The position numbers were made by a program, and so were the translations under genes. Under the pieces are notes generated by a model. The model made no database searches. It saw only the letters and a list, made by a program, of their open reading frames with translations, and was not told where the DNA came from. From Octopus sinensis (lineage: Eukaryota), in contig NW_021832831.1 of the NCBI RefSeq assembly GCF_006345805.1, positions 1-64,000 on the forward strand: a DNA stretch of 64,000 nucleotides, given 5' to 3'. Positions 24,037 to 35,560 of this stretch are shown here, piece after piece; within the stretch, counting starts at the first letter, position 1, and each line of letters starts with the position of its first letter.

Positions 24037-24972
24037 AACGGCAGTTTGTCTGTCTGTGTGTCTGTCAGGTTGTACCCTCACCCTGACCACGGCTTTCAAC
24101 CGATTCTGATGAAACTTGACACACACATAGCCCAATGTCATAATTCAAAACTAACCAGCGAAAATTTTGAAAAGTTCCCCCAGTTCTGAAAAAAATCGAT
24201 AAATTCAACATGGGGTTGAGAATCAGAAACACAAACCACAGACTGTCTAGGGGACGCAACTCGACCATTTTAACTCTCAACTCCATCAATATCCAGCTAC
24301 TTGAAGCTATTCCTGGTGATGTCCACTTCTACAAATCTATTGATAGGACAGCAGACCCCACCGAGCTTGCCGATTATCCTGTTGAATTCTGAATTCACTT
24401 GAACCGCCAGGCCTGCCGCCACACATCCTGAAGTTAAAAGTCAGTGCGCCCATTATGCTCATCAGGAATTTGGTTCCACCTAAACAGTACAACGGCACAC
24501 GTCTGGTTGTGAAACATTTGCCACCACATTTAATAACGGCCACAATACTTACCGGTTGTGGGAAGGGAGAGAACGTCTTCATTCCACGCATGCACCTTCA
24601 ACCGTCGGGCGCTGACCTACCAATCGACTTCAGGCGTTCTCAGTTTCCTGTTAAACTCTGCTTCGCAATGTCCATCAATAAATCCCAAGGCCAAACGCTA
24701 CAAGTTGCTGGGTTACAGTTGGGCGAACAGTGCTTCGCCCACGTTCAAATCTACGTGGGCTGTTCACGCGTTGGGAGGCGCAATGATGTTTTCATGTTTT
24801 CGCCCAAAGGGACAGCTAGGAACATTGTATACACAGAAGTATTCGAGTGAAGAGAAGACATTGCAACCTACACATGCACCTTCCTTCCCTAGAGGGAAAG
24901 GACTAGATTGGGATTAGTCGTTGCCTACTAGGGGCTCTTACATACCCGGGCAACGCCGGGCTATGCTGCTAG
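24030..24972 (+). mobile_element. Helitron with a helicase C-terminal remnant
   Basis: Begins in (TA)n. Hairpin cccgggcaacgccggg near 24945-24960 and CTAG|T at 24969-24973. Confidence 0.85.
24288..24850 (+). pseudogene. C-terminus of a PIF1-like (RepHel) helicase
   Basis: [48 protein letters not shown], helicase motifs V and VI. One in-frame stop at 24390-24392. Confidence 0.95.
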
Positions 24973-25439
24973 TATATGTATTCTGACCAATCAGTGTGTA
25001 GCATCACTCAATTACTTAAGCTGATTGGTTGGTTTAGGTGTCACGCTTTGTTGAACATGTCAAGAGTCCTGTATCTTAACCTGGCCCAGGTAGCAATTGT
25101 TGGGCTATTTTTAGAAATGTTGTAAATAGCCTTTGTCAGGGATTTTTATATTTCAATTGTCATCATCATCATTGTCAAGACCTTAATTATTGTTGCTTGT
25201 GGTGATGGTGGTGGCAATAGAACTTTTAACCCTAAATAAGATAATTTTCCTGCTATCTTCATCTGGATCACCTTTAGTATTGTTGTTGTTGTTAGTGGTC
25301 ATGGTCGTAGCAGTAGAAGTAGTACCTCTAAGTATTATCATTATTATTGCTTATTTAGCTTGGGTTCAAATTTATCAATAAAATTCTTTTCTGTCGGAAA
25401 ATATATATAATATTTCCATTCTACAATTTACACAGCCCA

Positions 25440-25950
25440 AGTGAAATCGAGAGGAAAATCAGAGAAAAGAAAGACTCAAGAGATTAAGACTGTATTCCTT
25501 AGAGCGTAGGCAAGAAAGATATGCCATAATATACATCTGGAAGATCCTGGAAGGACTTGTCCCAAACTTTGGCATTGAGAGTTACACAAATACTAGAACT
25601 GGGTGTCACTGCATAGTGCCAAGGACTCCAAATTTGCCATCAAGATGTAGGACAAGATACTGTGATAGCCTGGGCTTTAGGGGTCCACAGCTCTTCAATA
25701 GCCTCCCGAAGGACCTGAGAGACCTCCATGGAGTGGATGCAGATGTCTTTAAAATAAAACTGGACCTCTTCCTGTCAGGTGTCCCAGATGAACCAACTTC
25801 ACAGCAGGAAGTGCAGATGAGGGCAGCAGCATCAAACTCTCATGCACCAAATGGCAATTGCTAAAAAGCATTCGTGAAGTAAAATTATGTAGCAACACTG
25901 AATGGCAGTGCCCCAGCATGGCCACAGCTCGTGAGCTGAAACTAGATTTT
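25440..25950 (+). mobile_element. 3' end of a CR1-group LINE
   Basis: Translation LYSLERRQERYAIIYIWKILEGLVPN..GPQLFNSLPKDLRD..FKIKLDLFLSGVPDEP..RAAASNS. Confidence 0.8.
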
Positions 25951-26329
25951 ATGAAAAATATATGTATGTATATATATGTGTGTGTGTGAGTGTGCAGTGT
26001 GTGTATGTGTGTGTGTTAAAATGAGGTAGATTTCGTGAAGCACTTTGAGGTATGATTTAAAGAATGTGGTTGTGTAAAGCCAGAACAATGCCAGAAGGTA
26101 CAAATTAAACTACAAATGGAAAAGGAAAAAGATCAAAGTTGCAGTTTTACCTTTTATTTCTATATTTTAGCACGAAGACCCATTCTTCAAGAAATTCAGA
26201 AAAGTGGTGGTTGGAAAAAGTGTTGCTTAGAAGTAGTGTGTGTGTGTGGTGGGGCAGTGAAGGTGGGAAGAAGTGACATGTGCAGGTTGTTGTGCTATAA
26301 CAACTAGTCTGCTTCGTGTAGTTTCTTCC

Positions 26330-27200
26330 TGTCATTAATGGCTGGTTTCAATTTATTTATAAGGAGGGCTTCCATAATTTTGAGATTACCCCTGTGTGTT
26401 AGGTTGCCTTGATGGAAACTTTGAAATTCTGGGTTTAGCACTTCTTGTGGTGTTTCTTTATCAAAGTGTCTATCTGCATATGCTTGTTTATTTGAATGTG
26501 TAGTTTCCTAGTAGTGCTCTCTATGTAGGGTGCCCCACATTTATTGCAGATGACCTCATATACTACATGTTTTGATGTCATTGATGGGGCAGTTGGTGAG
26601 TGTGCACCCCACAGTGCTCTCTTTGGTATTTTTCCTTGATAGAGCTTTCTTCAGGGATAGACCGGTGTGTACCAGCTGTATGTAAGTCTCTCCCTGCGGA
26701 TGGCATGTTGGATAGCTGCTGATGTTCTGTCTTCAAAGTAGGGCAGTCTAAGGAAGCACGTTCTGATCTGATGTTTTGGGCTCTGTGTGTAGTTTACCCA
26801 CTTTCATGATTCACAGAGGCAGTCTTTTAGCTGTTGATGGTGGATAGCCATTGCATGCTAAGTTCTTGAGGAACCGCTTCATGCTGATGGCTTTGTCACT
26901 TACTTCACTGCATCTGTCCCTTATGCATGTTATTTCATTTTGTATGTGTGCAGTTTTGGCTCTGGTGGATTGGGCCGAATCATAATGCATGAATAGATTC
27001 CTAGTCATGCTCCTTTTGTAAAGATTCATGTGGATGTAACCATCCTCTGTGATCTTGATTTGAAATCCAACAGAGAGAGGGTTCCAGACTTGTCTGGGTG
27101 TTCATTTTCAAATTTATGTGACTGTCAATGTAGTTGAATTTTTTATGTATGCAATATACTCCTTCCTGTGAAGGGGTGAACATCTCACATTATTCCATCT
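26330..27200 (-). mobile_element. Penelope-like element fragment (RT C-terminus and GIY-YIG)
   Basis: ORF 26811-27029 contains LACNGYP. The minus strand at about 26479-26575 reads HVVYEVICNKCGAPYIESTTRKLHIQINKH. Confidence 0.75.
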
Positions 27201-27246
27201 TTACTCAACTACATTCTTTAAATACATATGGATATATATATATATA

Positions 27247-28106
27247 CTAGCTGACATTCCCGGGAAAGTGGGGCTTGTCCCTTTGTTCCATTCTCATAAT
27301 TGTTTCGCTAATCCAATAACAGCAATACAAAGTATCAGTCTTACACAGCATCTTGTTTTTAGGAATTCCCAATAAGTTATGAATTCCCAAATTGTGAAGT
27401 CAGTTATGTAATAACATGAAATTAATTACCTGATAGTAAGAATTCAAGTAAAGTATCCCTGAAAATGGCTTTAATACATTCCTAAATTATATAGAACATA
27501 GGAGAAAATATTAATAAGGTATGTATACTAAAATCATGAAGCATGTTACATAAGAACAGGCTAATCATATATGAGATGATAACAATTCAAAATTAAGCAA
27601 CTCTGCAAATGGCTTTTGTATGTTCCCAGAGAATATTACCCTCAGGGGCACTAGTGTTGGTATATTCGTGAATAATTCACTAATTGAATTAAGTAGATCT
27701 ATTGTATAGGAAAATACTATTTACTTGTTATAGGGTTGTACTAGATAAATTGCGAAAATAACTCTGTCGGTTCTAATACTAAGAAATAAGCATACTCAAT
27801 TTCCTTTTTGCTAAATAATTTAGGAAATGAAAGGGTTATTTCTCTTGGCTATAAATAAGGATCCCTTCCAGGGGCAAATGGGTTATTTTCCCTTGGTTTT
27901 GAAAACACAATATATTACATATATATGAGGATCACTTCCCTGGTCCCTATTAGCGATTTCGCAATAATCTGAGTGTGCCATGAGGTTTTCAGACATGTGT
28001 TTTACTCTCATGTCAAGTTTCATCAAAATTGATAAAACAATGCTGGAGTAGTTAGCTAACAACTCAACAAACACACCCACAGACAGAATTTCCCACATAT
28101 GTAGTA
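27247..28106 (-). mobile_element. Non-autonomous Helitron, family D, copy 1
   Basis: Minus-strand 3' CTAG at 27247-27250 next to (TA)n. The 5' part has the Helitron-type gtctgtgggtgtgtttgttg..ttgatgaaacttgaca. Confidence 0.6.
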
Positions 28107-28550
28107 CTAGCTGAAGTACTCAGTAATTCCTTGGAAATCGGGGATTATCCCTTGGTTCCATTCTCATAATTGTTTCGCTAATTCAATAACAATAATATAA
28201 AGTATGTAGCCGTTAAAATGTTTTTTGTGCATTTATTGAGAATACCAAACTGTCTTACACTGGATTCTGTTTTTAGGAATACCAAATTGTGAAGTCAGTT
28301 ATGTAATAACATGAAATTAATTACTTGATAGTAAAAATTCAAATAAAGTAGCCCCCAAATGGCTTTAATACGTTCCCAGAGTATATAGAACTTAAGAGGA
28401 AACACTAATAAGGTATGTATACTAAAATCATGAAGCATGTTATGTAAGGACAGGCTAATCAGATAGGAGATAATAACAATTCAAAGTAAATAACTCTGAA
28501 ATAAGCTTTTGTGCATCTGCAGAGAATATTACCCTTAGCGGCGCTAGTGT
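28107..28550 (-). mobile_element. Helitron family D, copy 2, truncated by a mariner insertion
   Basis: CTAG at 28107-28110. 28140-28550 aligns with 27281-27650 and stops at ctagtgtt. Confidence 0.6.
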
Positions 28551-29660
28551 TTACTTCGCAAGTTGTGAAATTTGTGTTTTTGTGATCATGTTTGTGCTAT
28601 AGTTTGCAATTTTGTCATAAACTGAAAGTTGGAACCAAGGGCCAATCTGAAATTTTGCATTAAACTTGGGAAGTCTGCTACAGAGACATTGATCATGCTT
28701 TGGCAATCTTACGGCGATGAGGCAATAAGTCGTATGCAAAGTTTCAAGTAGTGTGGGTGCTTCAAAAGTGGAAGAACATCCTAGGAGATAGGGAGCAATC
28801 TGGGTGACCTACCATGAATGTCAGCCTGTAAATTCATCAGTTTGTGCATGAGGATCATCTGAAGAGAACAACATTGCTGATGCTGGTTTGTCATATTGGT
28901 TCATCGAGGCAATCCTAACATCTGAATTGAACATGTAGTGTGTCTTTGCCAAGTTTGTTCCCTGCCTGCTGACTACTGAACAGAAAGAACATCATGTCAA
29001 AGTCTGTCAAGATCTCCATTGGCATGCCACTGATGACTCATCCTTTACATCAAGGATCATCACCGGTGATAAGAGTTGGGTCTATGGGTACAACCCTGAG
29101 ATGAACCAACCATTATCCCAATGGAAGAGGCCTTCATCACCATGACCAAAGAAGGCATGACAGAGCTACAGCTCAATCAAGAGCATGCTCATTGTTTTTT
29201 CAACATAACCAGTATTGTGCATAAAGAATTCATCCCCCAAGGCCAGACAGTCAATGTAGAATTTTACTGCGATGTTGTGAAGCATTTGAGGGAGGACATT
29301 CGCCGAAAGCAACCAGATCTTTTGAGCACACAGAAGTTGATTCTTCATGATGACAATGCTCCTTATCTGAGTTCCTTGCCAAAAACAACATGGTATCACT
29401 CTCACACTTGCCCTATTTGCCAGGTTTAGCATTTACAGACTGCCATCTCTTTGCCAAGGTAAAAATTCAGCTCAAAGGTTGCCATTTTAACACTATTGTC
29501 ATGATCAAGAGTGAATCACAGAAAGTCCTCGACTCGCTTACAGAAAATGACTTCCAGGCCAAATTCCAATAGTGGCAGGAATGCTGGGATCAGTGTATTG
29601 CTGTGCAAGATGACTTTTTCAAAAGAGATGCTGTTAAAACTTAAGTAAACAAGTTATTTT
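28551..29660 (+). mobile_element. Mariner transposase relic
   Basis: FVPCLLTTEQKEH (WVPHEL-like), ITGDKSWVYGY, HKEFIPQGQTVNVEFYCDV and LILHDDNAP. Confidence 0.9.
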
Positions 29661-29671
29661 TTTATTAAAGA

Positions 29672-30839
29672 CTAGCAGTGTAGCCCGGCTTTGCCCGGGA
29701 TTAAGTTAGGATTATTAAGCTAATCAAGTTCTTTATTTCAAACCAAACTAAGTAACATCGATGTCATATTTGAGCGAAATCTGTTGAAATTGATAAACTT
29801 TTGGTTGAAAATGAGTTGCAGATGACTTGATTGGGAAATCCCATAAGGAATCGGTTTATTGATTTTTTTTCAACTCATCGATTTTTTTCATTTTCGGTTT
29901 TGGAGAACTTAGAGCATTCAAAGATCCCATGACTCCTAAGTAATGCTGGCATCAAGTTTGAACAAAATACATAAAATTGGTAAAAGTTATGGTTGAAAAT
30001 GGGGTGTAGCCATTTTATTGGGAAATCCTATAAGGAATCGGTTTATCGATTTTTTTTTGATTTATTTTATCCTGATTAAATGGAAAACCCCATAAGGAAT
30101 CAGTTAATTGGTTTTTCATCCCAAATAGGACTTAACCGAACACAATATTGTTGATTCAAAAAATAAATATTTATACTTTAAAGTTGGTTTTCACACCCAA
30201 CTCAGTTCTGCAGAATCGGTGTCGTGATGGGAGCGCATGGATTGATCAGGCTGCACATGCACATGTGATCAGGTTGCACATGCCAGCCCTTTGAAAACAC
30301 CACCCCCATCATCTAACCCCCCTTTGCCCATGGGTTGGAAGCCTTCCAGCAAGGAAAATAGAATGCCCAAAAGAGCTCCCGCTCCTCTGTTTCAGAAGTG
30401 ATTACATTCAGATCACAACTAAGTCTTAAGAATATATATATATATACAACACACACGATCATACACATATTGCATACATGTGTTTTGTTTGGATACATGT
30501 TCGTGTGTGTGTGTATGTGTGTGTGGTGTGTGTTGCCGTATATCGACAAAATACTTAACAAAAGTTTTAACAAAAACTTACTCATAGCTAGAAGGGGACT
30601 TAACTCCTGTTGTAAACAAAGGTGGATTTCTCCGACTTGAAAATTGCTAAAAGTTTTGGCTGAAAATTCATTTTTACCACTATGCTGGTGCCGCTGGGAA
30701 AAATATGTGATGAAAATACAGCTAGGGTCATGACGAATGTCCTAAAATTGGAGCGACATGCATGCTAATTTGAGGACATGCATAAATTACATCCACACAC
30801 ACACACACACACACACATCATACCTTTTATATATACAGA
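29672..30839 (-). mobile_element. Non-autonomous Helitron, family C
   Basis: Minus-strand A|TCtgtatatataaaaggtatgatg at 30839. 3' hairpin cccgggcaaagccggg and CTAG at 29672-29675. Confidence 0.8.
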
Positions 30840-30897
30840 TAACTACTCTGGGAACTTTTTAATACCATTCCCTACCTTTTAATATTCTCATTGTCTT

Positions 30898-31140
30898 TAA
30901 GGTGGTGAACTGGCAGACTCATTAGCACACTGAACAAGATGTTTTGTGGCATTTTGTCCAGCATTACATTCTCAGTTCAAATTCCACTGAGGTTGAGACT
31001 TTGCCTTTCATCCTTTCCAGGTCAATAAAATAAGTACTAGTTTAGTATGTGATCAACTTATTCCCTCCTAGTTTAGTATGTGATCAACTTATTCCCTCCT
31101 CCGAAATTCCTGGCCTTGTACCAAAATTTGAAATCAATAT
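30898..31140 (+). mobile_element. SINE with a Nin/Deu-type central domain
   Basis: gactttgcctttcatcctttccaggtcaataaaataagtac resembles the Nin/Deu domain. It also has a 31-bp internal tandem duplication. Confidence 0.6.
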
Positions 31141-31662
31141 TTTCATCGTCTTCTTCATCATTCTGTCCGCTGTTAATTTTTGCCCAATTAAATATATTAA
31201 ATAAAATCTTTTAAAGTTTAAAACTAAATGTGAATACAAATACAGAATTCACAGAAAATATAGCAAAATGGCAATCATCTGTGTTATTTAAATAAAGTTC
31301 AGGAACCGAATATCTCTTCATATTTGAATGTCTGATTTCACATCCTAAAGTAGGTGTGTGCTTCTGATTGACATGTTTCTTTTACATTTCTCTTGAGCAG
31401 ATGATATCATTATAATATTTGAGACATTGACAGAAAGTTGATGCCTTAGGCATTACCTATGATACATGGGTGTGATTCCTATTCTCTCTGAAATATTCTC
31501 TGTACATCTATTCACATTTAATTTTAAATTATACTTTAAAACAAATTTTTCAATTAATCCTCTTATTTCAAGTTGTTGTCTTGCATTAGAAAAATTACTT
31601 CTAGGAATAACAAGGTAGCTATTAAATGATTTATATGTGTTTTATATTTTCATTTCCTTCAG

Positions 31663-31933
31663 TTTCTCTTGGAATAATTGAGGGTGGCACAAAATTTACC
31701 AGGAAGAATCAACCAGTAACTTTTGAATGTCCTGTTGAAAAGCAAAACTTTAAACACTGGCAAATGATGATGGAACAGTCATTAACAGAATTTATAATAC
31801 TTAAGCATTAAAGCAAATGTGTTTCCTAACAATGTCAGCATCATAAACATCACACTTCTTGAAAATAATGAGCAAGCAATTGTTTGTGAAATCACCACTG
31901 ATAAGATAAGATTTTATGCAAGACCATTATTCA
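31663..31933 (+). CDS. Probable Ig-like domain exon of a host gene, frameshifted in this sequence
   Basis: Acceptor tttcatttccttcag| and donor A|GTAAGT, phase 1 at both ends. Reads VSLGIIEGGTKFTRKNQPVTFECPVEKQNFKHW...NNVSIINITLLENNEQAIVCE, with a Cys-x9-Trp...Cys Ig pattern and NVS/NIT sequons. The length of 271 nt is not a multiple of 3. Confidence 0.65.
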
Positions 31934-32321
31934 GTAAGTACAAATATAAATCATTTGTATGTATTTTCCTGTTAATATTAATCTATTATGACCATGAAGA
32001 AAGTATATTTCTATAAACACTAACTTTGAGTTTCATTCAATTCACAAAATGTTGTAACAAACTAATACTGCCAATAATACATTGAAAGAATGTTCATTTT
32101 AATACATGATGAAGATGATGATGATTTTTCTTCTCTGTATTTTATCCTATATATGTTGTTCTATCAGTATTTACATGTTGAAAAATATATCTTTCCTTGT
32201 ACTACAAAACATTCAGTGCTACAAAAACAAACTTGTTTGTTTACATATGACAAAATCTGTATTGCATCTAGCGTTTCTGGATGACTTATAAGTTCTAAAT
32301 TGCAGAAGAATTTGTCAGTAA

Positions 32322-32393
32322 ACCAGTTTAGCTTAATGGTAAAGCACTTGACTGGAAATCAAAGGGATGTGAGCTTGATTCCCATGGCTGGTT
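32322..32393 (+). tRNA. tRNA-like pseudogene (anticodon GGA, probably derived from tRNA-Cys)
   Basis: 72-nt cloverleaf including the discriminator: acceptor accagtt/ggctggt, U8-A9, D stem gctt/aagc, anticodon loop ctGGAaa, 5-nt variable loop, degenerate T loop cttgatt, U discriminator. Confidence 0.65.
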
Positions 32394-32599
32394 GCTGACA
32401 GATTTTTCTACTCTGTAAGGCTTTTATTCTATATATGCTGTACAGTCAGTATTTACATGTCGAAAAAAAATATCTTTCTACTTGTACTACAATACATTTC
32501 AGCAATTCAAAAACAAACTTGTTATATATTGCTGCCAATAATATTTTAATGTTTATAATTTTCCTCATTATATTATTCCAGTGTTATTGAAATAGCAAT

Positions 32600-32815
32600 A
32601 TTACAGCTGAGCTGGCCGAATTGTTACTGTGCTGGGAAAAATTCTTAGCAGCATTTCTTTAGATTTTAAGTTCTGAGTTCAAATGCTGCTGGAATCAGTT
32701 TTGCCTTTAATTCTTTGGCATCGATAAAATAAGTACCAATTGAACACTAGGGTCGATTTAAGTGACTTTACTCCTTTGAAATTGATGGCCTTGTGCCAAA
32801 ACTTGAAATCAGTTT
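32600..32815 (+). mobile_element. SINE with a Nin/Deu-type domain
   Basis: ttttgcctttaattctttggcatcgataaaataagtacc; similar to 30898-31140. Confidence 0.55.
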
Positions 32816-33074
32816 TATCACTGAGATTAAATGTTTGATTTCAGAAGAGTGACCTAGTTGATTCATAAATTATCTTGGTTGATGAAATTAACAAAATTAT
32901 TAATTATTCTAAAAAGCTGAGAAGTCATCATCATCATCTTCGTATCTTAAAATGAACATTCTTTCAATGCATTAACTTTTTTAGTGTGTATACTGGTTGG
33001 ATTTCTGATTGTCATCAGAAATGTTATTCTTGAATATGCACACACGCACATACACACAAGTATATATTATCATC

Positions 33075-35560
33075 ATCACCATCATCATTGTCATCGTTTA
33101 GCATCAATTTTCATGTCGGTATGAGTGAGATGGTTTGACTGGAGCTGGCATGGCCATGAGCTGTACCAGGCTCCATTGACTTCTGTAGGTTGATAAGGTT
33201 GAGATGTTGGAGATGGTGAGGGGAAAGAGCCCCTTGCAGACAAACATTACACATCATACTGAACATAGTAACTTCACACCTTTCTAGTCTTTGCATGCCC
33301 TCTACATTCAGGGACCATGGCTGACTATCACGTAGCATTCCTGTTTCTGCACAGGCATCACACAACTTTCCTTTCTCTCAGAAAGAGAGACTTTTGGTTG
33401 CTACTTGAAGTGAAAGATCTCTGAACTTTCTCCATCTTATTCTAGCAATTTCATTTCCTCCTCCACTGAAAATTAGGTCACCTAGCTAGCAGATATTGCC
33501 CAGTACTTTAGAGCACCTTCTTAGGCATTTGTGAAAATCCATTTCCTGTATACTTGTAGATTTTATGACTCCTATGCATTTTCCACATACAGACACTACT
33601 TTCTCTGTTAACCTCCCTACTGTTCCACTGCACCTGTTGTGCATCCATTGCTTGCCCTGAATACACTGAAATGAATTTCTGCCTACACCATTCTTACATT
33701 CTGAGAAAAACTGTTTACCTGAAGTGAGTAGGGTCCTGTTTGTTTTCTTGTTTACTAAGGCTTTTGTCTTTGCTAAGTTAACTTCAGGGCTCTTTGATTC
33801 CAGGCTTTGCTTCACACCTGAAACTTTTTTCTAGTTTTGTTACAGATTCTGCTATGAGAGCAAGGTAATTTACATATAGTAGTTCTCATTGGTTTCCAGG
33901 CTTAAATTCCTCTGTTATGACCTGGAGGACAGTTCTGAATAAGAGGTGGCTGAGGACTGAGCCTTTATGTACACCTAACCCTAAAATTTATCTGAATCTA
34001 TCACTGTTCTCATGACTAACCCTAATATTATTTATAGCAACCCTGTATAATACCTGTAGTGCTTTTCACAAGCCATCTATCCATCTCTAGCTTCCTGAAA
34101 GACCAGCATATTACAGAGCAGGGTGCTCTGTTGAATGCTTTCTCCAGGTCAACTAATGCCAAGTACAACAGCTTATTCTTAGCTTAATATTACCCTTGTA
34201 CTTGCCTGACTTCTCCCATTACTGTGCCAAACTGCATTTCATCTAGCTTAATGTGTTTCTAATTAATTGGGTTATTATTCTCTCCATAACTGTTATCACT
34301 TTGTCAAGTAATTCGAGGCCTCTATAATTAATTATGTTAAATGCATTTCATTTACTGTTTTAGTAGCTGATTATATGATCCTGGTATACCAGTCATTGGG
34401 GATTATACCTTCCTGAATAACCTAATTAACTAAACAGTGTCCAGACTGTATCCTTCTTTATAGATATTTTAAGCATCTCAACAGTGACTCCTGATGAACC
34501 AGGGGTTTTTCCAGTCTCTATATCTTTAATTACATTATTTATCATACTGCTGTCTATATGAATGGTTGGCCTCTCTGTTGGGTTCACATGATGGGGAGAC
34601 TCCCTTTTTCTATTCATCCGCCACATTTAATAGCCCTTCACAGTAGCTCTTTCACACATTTTTCTTTTCCAAATCACTAAATACTAGCATGCCATTATCT
34701 ATCTGTACACATTTTATCTCACACAACATCTCAATTCTCTCTGACACACTCTTCTACTATTTTACTTGTTTCAGTCATTTGACTGCGGCCATGATAGAGC
34801 AGTGCCTTTAGTCGAGCAAATCGACCCCAGGACGTATTCTTTGTAAGCCTAGTACTTACTCTCTCGGTCTCTTTTGCTGAACTGCAAAGTTACAGGGATG
34901 TAAACACGCCACAATTGGTTGTCAAGCGATGTTGGGGGGGGGGGCAAACACAGACACACAAATATTTACACACACCATATATATATATACATATATACGA
35001 CAGGTTTCTTTCAGTTTCCGTCTACCAAATCCACTCACAACACTTTGGTCAGCCTGATGCTATAGTAGAAGATACTTGCCCAAGGTGCCACACAGTGGCA
35101 ATAAACCCGGAACCATGTGGTTGGTAAGCAAGCTACTTACCACACAGCCACTCCTGCACCTGTGTAGCAATATGCAAAATCTCAAGTCTCTGGTCTTCAT
35201 ACTGTAAGATATTGGCAAACCTCTTCCTGTCTGCTTCTACCTTAGCAAGATAAATCTGGTACCTTGCTTCCCTTTCAGCTACCTAACATGATTCTTTGCT
35301 ACCATCCCTTTTCCACACTTTCCAAACCCATTTCTTCTCTTTTATAGCCCTGTCGACCTGATTGTTCCACCACCATATCACCTTTGATCTGGCAAAAGCT
35401 TTGCTCCAACCACAAATCATCATCATCATCATTTCACATCTGGGTTGGATATTGACAGGCTGGCTTGACAGAAGATTGCAACAGGTTTCACTAACTGTTT
35501 TGGCAGGGGTTTTATGACTGGATGCCCTTGCTAACACCAACCAACTTATAGAGTGAGCTG
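33075..35560 (-). mobile_element. Degenerate RTE LINE interrupted by SINEs
   Basis: ORF 33486-33815 (LESKSPEVNLAKTK..CKNGVGRNSFQC) and ORF 34426 (ETGKTPGSSGVTVEMLK). (cat)n tail near 33070-33095. Confidence 0.8.
34760..35160 (-). mobile_element. Two adjacent SINE copies
   Basis: 34760-34960 (gtcatttgactgcggccatg..gtaaacacgccac) and 34997-35160 (tRNA head, ccttgggcaagtatcttctactatagc). Confidence 0.6.

Noticed and set aside
26295-26350. Possible hammerhead remnants at Penelope-like ends (also 56030-56075, minus)
   Set aside because: Only partial tga...gaaac resemblance; the helices cannot be drawn, so it is unsupported.
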